This document shows, piece after piece, positions 28,534-37,159 of a stretch of 64,000 nt of DNA; position 1 is the first letter of the stretch, and each line of letters starts with the position of its first letter. The stretch lies in assembly GCA_050181465.1 (NCBI GenBank), contig JBFXDD010000002.1:117320-181319 (forward strand). Reading direction: 5' to 3'. Made by a program: the position numbers and the translations under genes. The notes under the pieces are model-generated. The model was given only the letters and a program-made list of their open reading frames with translations. It was not told the origin of the DNA and made no database searches. Source of the DNA: Planctomycetota bacterium (GTDB lineage Bacteria; Planctomycetota; UBA1135; UBA2386).

Positions 28534-29604
28534 ATGAGCGATTCGGAACGAACCTCGGATGCCGCCAACAAGGATCACGGCGTCCTTTACCTCGGGATGG
28601 ATCTCGGCACCTCGCGGACCTCGGTGTCCGCAAGCAACGGTGTGCGGGAGACGGTGCTGTCGGTCGTCGGCTACCCGAAGGACGTCGTGAGCAAGAAACT
28701 GCTCAAGAAGGACGTGCTGTTCGGCAAGGAGGCTCTCGAGCGACGCCTTTCCCTGCGCTTGCACCGGCCGCTACAGAAGGGTGTCTTCAAGTACAACGAC
28801 TTGCCCGAGGGAGCGGATCGGGGAGAAGTCGAGATCGCGGCGCGCGACTTGATCCGAGAGGCGATTCGGCTGGCGCGTCCCCGCAAAGACGAACTGGTCT
28901 ATGCGGTGATCGGTGTGCCGGCCCAGGCCAGTATCCACAACAAGGAGGCCATCCTGGGTGCAGCACGCGCGTCCGTGGATTCCGTCATGCTCTGTAGCGA
29001 GCCCTTCGCGGTCGCGTATGGGCTCGACATGCTCGACGACGCGTTGATCGTCGACATCGGCGCGGGCACCACCGATCTGTGCCGCATGCACGGGACGATG
29101 CCGGAAGACTCCGATCAGATCACCATCCCCTTCGCCGGTGACGTGGTCGACGAGAAGCTCGAAGAGTTGATGCGACAGCACTGCGTCGGGGCGTCCTTCT
29201 CGCTCCAGATGGTGAAGGAGATCAAGGAGCGCTACTCGCACCTCGGCAACGCGCCGGAGCGAGCCTTGGTCACTCTGCCCGTCGACGGCAAGCCCACCGA
29301 GTTCGACGTCACGGACTTGGTCAAGCAAGCGTGCTCGATCGTGGTCGGGCCGATCATCGACGGCGTGCGGAAGCTCATCGGCTCCTTCGACCCTGAGTTC
29401 CAGCATCGGCTGCGCAACCGAGTGGTCCTCGCCGGCGGCGGCTCGATGATTCGGGGTCTGGATTCGGCAATCGAAGACGCGATGCGCAAAGACCTCGGCG
29501 GCGGCAAGGTGGTGCATGTCGATGAACCGCTCTACGGCGGCGCCAACGGTGCACTCAAGATCGCTCACGACATGCCCGCCGACTATTGGGAGCAGTTGCG
29601 CTGA
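28534..29604 (+). CDS. MamK-family bacterial actin
   Basis: The protein is collinear with my recollection of MamK. Matching blocks are LGMDLGTSRTSV, SVVGYPKDVVSKKLL, AVIGVPAQAS, SEPFAVAYGLD, IVDIGAGTTDLC, LAGGGSMIRGL and the C-terminal PADYWEQL. A strong SD GGAAGGGAG lies 5 nt before the ATG at 28534. Confidence 0.85.
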   Translation: MSDSERTSDAANKDHGVLYLGMDLGTSRTSVSASNGVRETVLSVVGYPKDVVSKKLLKKDVLFGKEALERRLSLRLHRPLQKGVFKYNDLPEGADRGEVEIAARDLIREAIRLARPRKDELVYAVIGVPAQASIHNKEAILGAARASVDSVMLCSEPFAVAYGLDMLDDALIVDIGAGTTDLCRMHGTMPEDSDQITIPFAGDVVDEKLEELMRQHCVGASFSLQMVKEIKERYSHLGNAPERALVTLPVDGKPTEFDVTDLVKQACSIVVGPIIDGVRKLIGSFDPEFQHRLRNRVVLAGGGSMIRGLDSAIEDAMRKDLGGGKVVHVDEPLYGGANGALKIAHDMPADYWEQLR

Positions 29605-29619
29605 CGTGGCGCGCTGACT

Positions 29620-30342
29620 TCAGAAGTCGAAGTCGCTCCGCAGGAGTTCGCGGAGTTCGTAGAACGTGCTGATCACGTAGTCCGGCTTCGTGCGTCCAGG
29701 GGTTGTGGAGTGTCGGCCCGAGCGCCGATTGTGCACCGTGATCATCCCGACTTCGTGCGCCGGATCGATGTCGTTGGTGGGATTGTCGCCGACGTAGAGC
29801 GATCGAGCCGGAGAGAGTCCGAGGTCTTGGAGAACTCTTCGGTAGAGCTTCGGGTTCGGCTTGTTGATCCCGACCTGCTCGGTGAAGTAGATCGCGTTGG
29901 GGGTGAGAAACTGGTACACGCGCAGTCGGATCACCTTCTCCGCCTGTTTGATCCCTAGCCCCGACGAGATGATTCCGCGCACCAGGCCGACTCGCGACGA
30001 GAGCCACTGCAGGACTTCATAGACATCGTCGTACACCTTGAGCTCGTGCCACTTCGTCTCGTGATAGGCGACGATGCCGGCCGCGACCAAGATGTCCGGG
30101 TTGATTCCCTCGCTCGCACTCGGCGGCAGCCGCTGGAGCACCTTGTCGAAGTGGGAGGGATAGTTGCTCGAGAACTCGGCGACGACTTCCGCAAGCTCTC
30201 GAAGGCAGTCGTCAACGCTCGCTCGAAGGCCGTGACGAACCATCGCGTCCATCGCCGCTCGCCGAGCCTTGTCGGCGAATACGGACGTGGAGAACAGCGT
30301 GTCGTCGATGTCGAAGAAGATCGCGTCGAGGGAACGGCCCAC
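29620..30342 (-). CDS. HAD-superfamily hydrolase
   Basis: Motif I FFDIDDTLF, motif II IISSG and motif IV YVGDNPTNDI are present. The gene is convergent with the actin gene. Confidence 0.85.
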   Translation of the reverse strand: MGRSLDAIFFDIDDTLFSTSVFADKARRAAMDAMVRHGLRASVDDCLRELAEVVAEFSSNYPSHFDKVLQRLPPSASEGINPDILVAAGIVAYHETKWHELKVYDDVYEVLQWLSSRVGLVRGIISSGLGIKQAEKVIRLRVYQFLTPNAIYFTEQVGINKPNPKLYRRVLQDLGLSPARSLYVGDNPTNDIDPAHEVGMITVHNRRSGRHSTTPGRTKPDYVISTFYELRELLRSDFDF

Positions 30343-30355
30343 GAGGAGGAATCCT

Positions 30356-30536
30356 AGCCAGGACGATTCGTGAACGTCTGCTGCGATCGCCGCAACTCGC
30401 GCCCGACCGCATCGCTGCGTCGGCTCCTGCTTGGCAGCACGGCGACCGGCTACGCTTCGGTGGTCTCCCGCCGCAGCTCCTTCCTCGGCATCGACCTGTG
30501 GCGATCTCGCGACGTCCTTCGCGAATCGTCCGGGCC
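30356..30536 (+). repeat. copy B of the ~180-bp inverted-repeat element
   Basis: The 5' arm AGCCAGGACGATTCGTGAACG matches the reverse complement of the 3' arm, GGCCCGGACGATTCGCGAAGGACG. The copy shares CTGCTGCGATCGCCGCAA, GGCTACGCTTCGGT and GGCATCGACCTG blocks with copies A and C. It lies between the secretin-1 stop and the HAD gene start. Confidence 0.8.
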
Positions 30537-30673
30537 AGCCAGGGCCGGCTCAGGCCTGGTGTTGCGCTTCCCGCTTCGACCCCTGCGAGCGGTTGGAGTT
30601 GTCCGTACGCAAAGCGAGCCGCCCCAAAGGGACGGCTCGAACCTCGATGCTGCAATATGGTCGCGATCGGCGA

Positions 30674-33280
30674 TCAGCGACCGTTCATCACGTCGCGGAC
30701 GTCCGTGATCGTCGCCTTGACCAACACCATCAGCGAGCTGTTCTCGTCGACCACGCCCTCTTGCTTGAAGAAGAAGGAGAGGAGCGGGATGCGGCCGAGG
30801 ATCGGCACTTCGGCTCGACGCTCACGGCTGAGCACCTGCCGGAGGCCGCCGATCAGCACTGAGCCTCCATCAGGAACGTCGATCGTGGTCGCGAAGGACC
30901 GAACGACGAGCTGCGGGAGCTGCAGGGTGACCGGCTGGGTTGTGCCGGCGAGCGAGGTCGAGAAGGTCGGGATCGGGCGAACCAGGTCCGCGACCGTCGG
31001 CTGCATGCTGAGGCTGATGCGACGACGATCGGCCGACACCGTCGGCTTGACGTCGAGCACGATGCCGTCCTGGATGACGTCGATCTTGGGATCGGCGATG
31101 AAGGCCGCCTGCGCAACTTCGACTTCGAAGTCACGGACGTAGGCCGTCTGGTTGATGATCGAGACGTAACCGCGCTCGTTGTTGAGCACCGTCAGGTTCT
31201 GACCGTTCAGCTCCTGAGCGTCTTGCTTCTTCTCGACCGCGGTGAGGATCGCCTGCAACTCGAGATCGTTGAGGAACGCGATGGCCGCGGTCATGCCGCC
31301 GTTGGCCGTCAGCGAGCTCCCGAGCGAGGAGGTGAAGCCGTTCTCGGTCCGACCGCGCAGGTCACCGTCTTGGCCGTCGTTGTAGAAGAAGCCGGAGAAA
31401 GGCTTGCCGGCCGGGTCACCCGTGCCCGAGTTGTCGAGACCACGGCTGGCGTTGTTGCTGAGGCCGTTGGTCACGTCGTCGAGCTGGGCCACGGTGCCCT
31501 TGGCGCCGGAGCCGCCCAGACCGCGGAAGTCCACGCCGATCTGCTGCAGGAAGTTCTGACTGACGTTGAGGAACTTCGATTCGACGGTCACGACCGTCGT
31601 GGCAAAGCTACGCAGGTCGTTCAGGATCGTCTCGACGCGGCCGAGCATGGCCGGGTTGGCAGTCACGATGAGATAGCCGCTCTCGGACTGATCGATCTTG
31701 CCGCCGCCATCGGTGTCCCAATAGGTGGGGTCGGTGGCTTCCTTGAGGTTGGAAGCAAGCTTGTCGAGCTCGATGAACGTGGTCTTCTCATCGCCCTCGC
31801 CGCCGGTGCGCGGAACGTCGCTCGAGTCGTCGCCGGTCGGGATGTCGCGGATGCGCGGCGGCAGGAACTGGGTCTTCGCGAAGATCAGATCGCGGACGTC
31901 CATGTAGACGGTCTCGTTCGAGCCACCGGCTTGCGCCTTCGTGGTGATCTGCACGACTCCGTCGCGGACGGTCCAGGCGAGCTGCGCGCTGCGGCCGGTG
32001 ACCTGGTTGAGCAGCGAATCGACGGCCATCGGCGCCGTGATGTCCATCACGATCTTGACGGCTTCCGAGTCGATGACCTCACGCGCCTCCGGCGTGATGA
32101 TCATGGACACGCCGGCGATCGCCTGGATGCGCGTCTTGACCTCGTCGACCGTGCCGTCCTCCTCGGTGAAGGAGATGCCGCTCAGCTTGGTGTCGCGCAG
32201 GATCTTGCGCAGCGCGAGATCATCGGGGTTCTCGATGAACTTGGGGCTGGAGGGAGCGACGCGATTGCTCGCGCGGGCCCAGATCGCAGCGTCGACGGCG
32301 AGCACTTCGTTCTGCGGGATGCGCAGGTCCTCTGCCGTCTCGCGCATCTGGCGGATGCGCTGCGCCCAGGCGCGATAGTATTCATCCGACCGCGATTCCC
32401 GTGCAGCCTTGATCGAGGCGTTGTGGAGTTCGCGGGCGACCTGATTCGAGGGGTCGGCTTCCAGCGCCTTGAATGCGAAGTCCTGGGCGAGTTGGAAGTT
32501 GCGCCGCTCGAAAGCCAAAGTCGCGTTGGCCAAGAGGCCGCCGACCTGTGCACGGATGCGGGCTTCGCGAGCCTCTTCCTGAGCGCGCAGTTCGGTAGCG
32601 GTGCGACGACGGATCTCGTCGCGCTCCGCACGTTCGGCGTCGTCTCGCTTCTTCTCGGCGTCGGCGAGCGCAAGTTTCGCTCGCGGCTCGAGATCGCCCC
32701 AGGCGACGTAGCGGGCGAGGTCGATGTTCCACAGCGCGCGTCGGAAGTCCTCGACCGCACGCGTGAAGTTCTGCTGTGCCAGCGCCTGCTGTCCGGAGTC
32801 CAGCAAGGACAGCACTTCGGCGCGTTGCCGTTCTTCTTGAATGGCGGCGAGTCGGGACTGTTCCTCGGCGAAGGAGGTCACCGTTCCTGCCGGCAGACCG
32901 AGCTCCGCGGAGACCACGTCGAGCAGGTTCTTCACTCGCGGGTCATCCGGCCGGAGATCGAAGGCCTTCACGAGTTCCAATCGCGCGGCTTCCAAGGCCT
33001 CGGGCGTACCCCTTCGGCGGAGGCTCTCTGCCCGCTCGAGGTAGTCCTCGAGCAGCAGGCGATTGCGTTGTGCTTGCAGGGAGTTGTCTTGATCTCCGCT
33101 GCCCGGAACGGGCGTTGGGTCCTGCGTAGACCCGCCAGCCGCGTTGCCGCGGCCAGTCGGTGTCGTGGCTTCGCCGCCGTTCCCTGCATCTCCCGACGAG
33201 TCGGTCGCAGAACAGGCGGAGAATCCGAACAGGAGAGCAGAGATCGAAGCTGCTAGGAGGCTTTGACGATCGAGCTTCAT
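30674..33280 (-). CDS. secretin-family outer-membrane lipoprotein (secretin-1) with a long helical/coiled-coil N-terminal region
   Basis: The internal start MKLDRQSLLAASISALLFGFSAC carries a lipobox. An N0/STN-like module reads VSMIITPEAREVIDSEAVKIVMDITAPMAVDSLLNQVTGRSAQLAWTVRDGVVQITTK. The C-terminal secretin domain reads ...IDVPDGGSVLIGGLRQVLSRERRAEVPILGRIPLLSFFFKQEG... Confidence 0.85.
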   Translation of the reverse strand: MKLDRQSLLAASISALLFGFSACSATDSSGDAGNGGEATTPTGRGNAAGGSTQDPTPVPGSGDQDNSLQAQRNRLLLEDYLERAESLRRRGTPEALEAARLELVKAFDLRPDDPRVKNLLDVVSAELGLPAGTVTSFAEEQSRLAAIQEERQRAEVLSLLDSGQQALAQQNFTRAVEDFRRALWNIDLARYVAWGDLEPRAKLALADAEKKRDDAERAERDEIRRRTATELRAQEEAREARIRAQVGGLLANATLAFERRNFQLAQDFAFKALEADPSNQVARELHNASIKAARESRSDEYYRAWAQRIRQMRETAEDLRIPQNEVLAVDAAIWARASNRVAPSSPKFIENPDDLALRKILRDTKLSGISFTEEDGTVDEVKTRIQAIAGVSMIITPEAREVIDSEAVKIVMDITAPMAVDSLLNQVTGRSAQLAWTVRDGVVQITTKAQAGGSNETVYMDVRDLIFAKTQFLPPRIRDIPTGDDSSDVPRTGGEGDEKTTFIELDKLASNLKEATDPTYWDTDGGGKIDQSESGYLIVTANPAMLGRVETILNDLRSFATTVVTVESKFLNVSQNFLQQIGVDFRGLGGSGAKGTVAQLDDVTNGLSNNASRGLDNSGTGDPAGKPFSGFFYNDGQDGDLRGRTENGFTSSLGSSLTANGGMTAAIAFLNDLELQAILTAVEKKQDAQELNGQNLTVLNNERGYVSIINQTAYVRDFEVEVAQAAFIADPKIDVIQDGIVLDVKPTVSADRRRISLSMQPTVADLVRPIPTFSTSLAGTTQPVTLQLPQLVVRSFATTIDVPDGGSVLIGGLRQVLSRERRAEVPILGRIPLLSFFFKQEGVVDENSSLMVLVKATITDVRDVMNGR

Positions 33281-33647
33281 CGTGATGAGGCTTCCGGGCG
33301 GCGCGCGCGACGACCGCGTTGGGACTTCAGGCCAAGGACGTTGGACGTCTCCGTGTCGTTTGCGGGAGCGACCCGAATCGAACCGAGCATGGGACGACCG
33401 ACATCGAAGGACGGGACAAGGGGGCTCGCGCCGGATGCAGAACGAGGGGTGATCCTGCGGCGCGAGGGCCAAAAGCTAGCGAGCCGGACCTGCCGGTGCC
33501 AGGACGAAGTCCGCGTGATTCTTCGTCGTTCGCCGTCGAATTTTGCCCTCGGCGTTGGCTCGAAGAACACGACCGCAAACCGGCACCTCGGCAGCCGTCC
33601 GGGCGCGCGCTGGGAGAACGTATCGACGTGAGCTAGCCCGGAACGCA

Positions 33648-33683
33648 ATCAGCCCGAGGGTCCGTCGGGACCATCGGGCTGAT
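33648..33683 (-). terminator. terminator-like hairpin downstream of the second exbD, with a second hairpin at 33690-33709
   Basis: ATCAGCCCGA...TCGGGCTGAT forms a 10-bp stem with inner GGTCC/GGACC pairing. An adjacent hairpin GCCGGCC-N6-GGCCGGC follows. Neither has a clear U-tract, which is common in GC-rich genomes, so confidence is low. Confidence 0.35.
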
Positions 33684-33737
33684 GGGGGGGCCGGCCAAGG
33701 TCGGCCGGCGCGAAGTGATCCTCGCGGACCGGTCGGC

Positions 33738-34301
33738 TCAGCGCTTCGCGGGTGCCGGGCCGCGACCGCCGCCGAAGTTGAGTTCTTCGAAGCCGATCGC
33801 CTTCACGCGGTCGACGACCTGGGCGACGTCGCCGTAGGTCGTGCCCGGCTGGGGTTCGATCACCACCGGGATGAGCTTGCGCTTCCCGGGGTTCATGGCA
33901 TCGGGAACCATGCTGGAAGCGGGGTCTGCTTTGATCTTCTCCAGTGCCTTCTCGAACTTGTCCAGTTGGTCGAAGGGGGTGGCGTTGATCGCATACTTCA
34001 CGCGGTGGCCGATGTAGGCCCACGCGGTCGGATTGCCCTTTTCATCGAATTCCTTCTGGTTCTGTCGACGGGGCGTCTTCTGCCCCATCTCGACGAGTTC
34101 GATTCGCAGCGACAGTTGCTCCTGCGGCTCGACTTTGAAGTTCTGCGAGCCCTTGTCCTTGGGCAGGAAGGCTTGCAGCTTCGATTCGAGCGACTTGAAC
34201 TCGATACAGAGGAAGAAAATGATCAGAAGGAAGACGCAGTCGATCATCGGCGTGAGATCGAGCTTGGCTTCTTGTTGGGCGTCGTCGAGATGGCTAGCCA
34301 T
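33738..34301 (-). CDS. exbD: ExbD/TolR-family protein (second copy)
   Basis: The motif LDLTPMIDCVFLLIIFFL contains the conserved TM Asp. The periplasmic C-domain reads IPVVIEPQPGTTYGDVAQVVDRVKAIG. Confidence 0.85.
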   Translation of the reverse strand: MASHLDDAQQEAKLDLTPMIDCVFLLIIFFLCIEFKSLESKLQAFLPKDKGSQNFKVEPQEQLSLRIELVEMGQKTPRRQNQKEFDEKGNPTAWAYIGHRVKYAINATPFDQLDKFEKALEKIKADPASSMVPDAMNPGKRKLIPVVIEPQPGTTYGDVAQVVDRVKAIGFEELNFGGGRGPAPAKR

Positions 34302-34370
34302 GGAATGAAAGTTCCTTGCTCAGTCCGAAGTTTGGGGTTGGTACCGAAGGACGAATGGATCCGCCCTCGC

Positions 34371-34907
34371 TCACTTTCCTTCAGCGAGCCGCTGAAGCAT
34401 TCTGGCTTCCTTGTCCTTGTCGCTCAGCGCCAACTCGATCTTGTAGAACGCGGCGTCGGGCTGGCTGCAGGAGGTCATGAACACGCCGACCCAGTGCCAC
34501 TCGGTCCACTTGTCGGCTCGGACGAGCACGGGGTCCTCCACGAGAGTGACCATCTTGCCGCCGATGTTCTCCTGCTTGGTTTCCTTGACGACGGTGTTCT
34601 TCCACTCCAGGAGCAGCTTGCGGATCTGCTCGGGAGCTTCCTTCTCCGAGTGCTTGCGCGGATCGAAGAACGGATTCTTCCGGTAGATGATCCGACCATC
34701 CTGAGTGATGTTCGCGATCGGACGAACGTCCGGCGGTTTGTTGTCGGGCGCCGCCTTCTCTGCCTTCGGCAGGATGAGGTCTTCCAGCTCCTTCTGGCTC
34801 AGGTCGATGACCAGAACGAAGAAGATCATGAGCAAGAAGACGCAGTCGATCATGGGCGTCATGTCCATCTCGACTTCCTGGTTCGCCTTGGCGGATGCTT
34901 TGGCCAT
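34371..34907 (-). CDS. exbD: ExbD/TolR-family protein (first copy)
   Basis: The motif MDMTPMIDCVFLLMIFFVLV contains the conserved TM Asp. The periplasmic domain is extended. Confidence 0.85.
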   Translation of the reverse strand: MAKASAKANQEVEMDMTPMIDCVFLLMIFFVLVIDLSQKELEDLILPKAEKAAPDNKPPDVRPIANITQDGRIIYRKNPFFDPRKHSEKEAPEQIRKLLLEWKNTVVKETKQENIGGKMVTLVEDPVLVRADKWTEWHWVGVFMTSCSQPDAAFYKIELALSDKDKEARMLQRLAEGK

Positions 34908-35042
34908 GGTGGTGCGTCCTCGATAAGTGGGGTAGGGGGAGCCCCGCGATCACGACCGGCAAGGCCGGACGGAACCGCTACGGCAAACGGCGGTGGGGGC
35001 TCTTGGGTTCAAAACTGCGGCCGGGCTGCGACCGCACCTTGA

Positions 35043-35783
35043 TCAGGCCTTGGTGCCCCCGGGGGAGGAACGGAACCGCTCGAAGAGGTCCTCGGCAATC
35101 GCGTTCACTTCGATCGTGGTGCGGACGACGCGGTTGCGGAAGGTGAAGAAGAACGCCGCGGTCGGGAGGGCCACGACGAGGCCGAAGATCGTCGTCACGA
35201 GCGCCAGCTTGATACCGCCGGCAAGGTCGGACGGCTGAACCGAACCGCCGGCATCCGCGATCTGACCGAAGGTCACGAACATGCCCGACACCGTGCCGAG
35301 CAGTCCGAGCATCGGGGCGGAGGCCGAGATCAGCGACAACCAGCCGATCTTCTGGAAGAGCTTGACCGTCTCCTCCTCCTCCATTTCGCGAACGCTCATC
35401 TGCACGGTCTCGAAGGAGTGACCGAGCTTGGACAGGCCGGCCTGCACCACGTTGGTGAGGTAGTTGCGATCGCTCTCGCAGAGGTCCATCGCCTCCTGGA
35501 ACTGCTCGGCCTCGAACAGGGCTTCCAGTTCGTCGATCACGTCCGGCGGCGCAAGCTTGTCGCGCTTGATCGAGACGAAGTTCTCGATGATGAGGGCCAC
35601 GGCGACGATCGACAGCGCGACGATCACGTAACCGATCGTTCCTGCGTTGGCGAAAGCCTCGACGACGGCGTTCTTTGACGGCGGCTTGTCCGCGGCGGCG
35701 TCTTGCGCGAAGGCAGTGCCGGCGAGGGTCAGCGGAGCGAGGTAGGTCAACAGACCGGAGAACAGGTTCGACTTGCGAATCAT
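35043..35783 (-). CDS. exbB: MotA/TolQ/ExbB proton-channel protein with an N-terminal signal-like extension
   Basis: The conserved C-terminal core reads LISASAPMLGLLGTVSGMFVTFGQI...GGIKLALVTTIFGLVVALP, and three TM segments are present. Confidence 0.9.
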   Translation of the reverse strand: MIRKSNLFSGLLTYLAPLTLAGTAFAQDAAADKPPSKNAVVEAFANAGTIGYVIVALSIVAVALIIENFVSIKRDKLAPPDVIDELEALFEAEQFQEAMDLCESDRNYLTNVVQAGLSKLGHSFETVQMSVREMEEEETVKLFQKIGWLSLISASAPMLGLLGTVSGMFVTFGQIADAGGSVQPSDLAGGIKLALVTTIFGLVVALPTAAFFFTFRNRVVRTTIEVNAIAEDLFERFRSSPGGTKA

Positions 35784-35941
35784 GGGTTCGAGGGGAGCTG
35801 GAACCGGGCGGACGGAACTGCGAGGGAAGTCAGCAACCGACCGGGGGACTTCGAGGGGCTGGAAGAGTGTGCGCAGCCGGGCGTCGCTTGGGAAGCCCCT
35901 GCTGTGCGGAAGGTGGAAAAAGGAAACCGCGGCCGCAGGTG

Positions 35942-37159
35942 TCAGCGCTTGAGTTCGGCGGCAGCGAGTGCGGCCCAGCGAGTGTCGGCGTACTCGCGAG
36001 TCACGGTCTCGAAATACTCGGCGGCTCGCGTCTGGACGTTCGGACCATCGCGATCGGGGCCGAGTGCCAGGAGAATGAGACCGGAGTAGTAGAGCGACTT
36101 GGCAGTGGCGGCCGCTGCGACGTCGTCGAGAAGGTTGGCGTCCGCGAAGGCGATCTGGGCCTTGCGGAGATCGTCGCCGCTACCGCCGGACTTCGCCTGC
36201 AGATAGATGGCTTCGCCTTCGCCGGCCTTGGCTGCTGCCCGAATGGCGTCGGAGGTGGCGCGCCGGCCGACCTCGTCTCGGAAGTAGCTCAGCGCGTCGG
36301 CGAACTTGCCCTGCTGGATCATCGATTCACCGGTGCCAACGAGCGCTTCCGCTTCGATCGCGATGGCCTCTTCGCTCTTGCGCTCCGCTTCGCTCAGCGC
36401 GCCGAGTGCCGTGGCAGCCGAAGCGAAGGTCGCGCGTGCGTTGGCAAAATCGCCGCGCGCCATCTGCGCGTTCGCGAGGCCGAGCTTCCCACGCGCACCC
36501 CAGATTGCCGACCAGCCGTTCCCGACCGCGTCGTCGGCGAGCTTCTTGAAGGTGCCTTCCGCTTCGGGGAACGCTTCCGCGCTGACCTGCGCGCGGCCCA
36601 GCGCCATCAGCGCGTCGGGCATACGCAGCGCGTCGGCATTCGAACCGATCCAGGCTTCGAGGCGGCGTGAGGCCTCGGCAGCCGCAGCCTTGTCCCGAGC
36701 GGAACCCCGCTGGAGGGCTTCGGCGGCGAGGAACTCGAACTCGGCCTTGAGCGGCGCGCGTCCGGTCTTGCCGGCGGCCGCCATGAAGAGGTTGGCAGCG
36801 CCGGCGGCATCCCCGGCTCGCATCGCGGCCTTGGCCTGGGCGACCTCTTCTGGTTGTCCGCCCCACTCGATGTCGAGCACGAGGACGGTCGGAATCTCCG
36901 ATGCTTCGGCCTTGCGCTTGTAGTGCACGGCGGTGGCTGTCGCGCTGGTGATCTCGACGCCGCGCAGGCGACGACCGTCTCGCAGCGAGATGACGTCGGT
37001 GCCGGAGTCCTGGGCGAGCACCTGCGGAGCGCACAGCGCGGTGAGGACGGTCATCGTGACCAGAGCGGGGATGAGCTTCATCGTCGACGAGAGTTGCGGA
37101 GTGATGAGGTTGCGACGTGTCGTAGCGGTGCGCGCAGGTGAGGGGTCCGACATCGTCAT
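35942..37159 (-). CDS. exported TPR-like protein (C-terminus resembles CpoB/YbgF-type TPR)
   Basis: The ATG at 37159 forms an ATGA overlap with the upstream gene stop. An alternative ATG at 37081 directly precedes the signal peptide MKLIPALVTMTVLTALCAPQVLAQ. Alanine-rich helical repeats are present, and the protein ends ...AAEYFETVTREYADTRWAALAAAELKR. Confidence 0.65.
   Translation of the reverse strand: MTMSDPSPARTATTRRNLITPQLSSTMKLIPALVTMTVLTALCAPQVLAQDSGTDVISLRDGRRLRGVEITSATATAVHYKRKAEASEIPTVLVLDIEWGGQPEEVAQAKAAMRAGDAAGAANLFMAAAGKTGRAPLKAEFEFLAAEALQRGSARDKAAAAEASRRLEAWIGSNADALRMPDALMALGRAQVSAEAFPEAEGTFKKLADDAVGNGWSAIWGARGKLGLANAQMARGDFANARATFASAATALGALSEAERKSEEAIAIEAEALVGTGESMIQQGKFADALSYFRDEVGRRATSDAIRAAAKAGEGEAIYLQAKSGGSGDDLRKAQIAFADANLLDDVAAAATAKSLYYSGLILLALGPDRDGPNVQTRAAEYFETVTREYADTRWAALAAAELKR

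Noticed and set aside
27018-29604. Magnetosome gene island, prompted by the MamK-family actin.
   Set aside because: No MamA/B/E/I/J/L/M/O/P/Q-like proteins (CDF transporters, HtrA/magnetochrome CxxCH pairs, etc.) lie nearby. The flanks are hut genes and a HAD hydrolase.
33358-33432. A tRNA-like signal on the minus strand. It consists of GGTTCGATTCGG (T-loop-like) and a possible 7-bp acceptor pairing GCGCGAG/CTCCCGC about 71 nt apart.
   Set aside because: The T-stem does not pair. There is no D-arm (no GG, no stem). The acceptor has a mismatch, and no CCA or discriminator context is present. The sequence does not fold as a cloverleaf.
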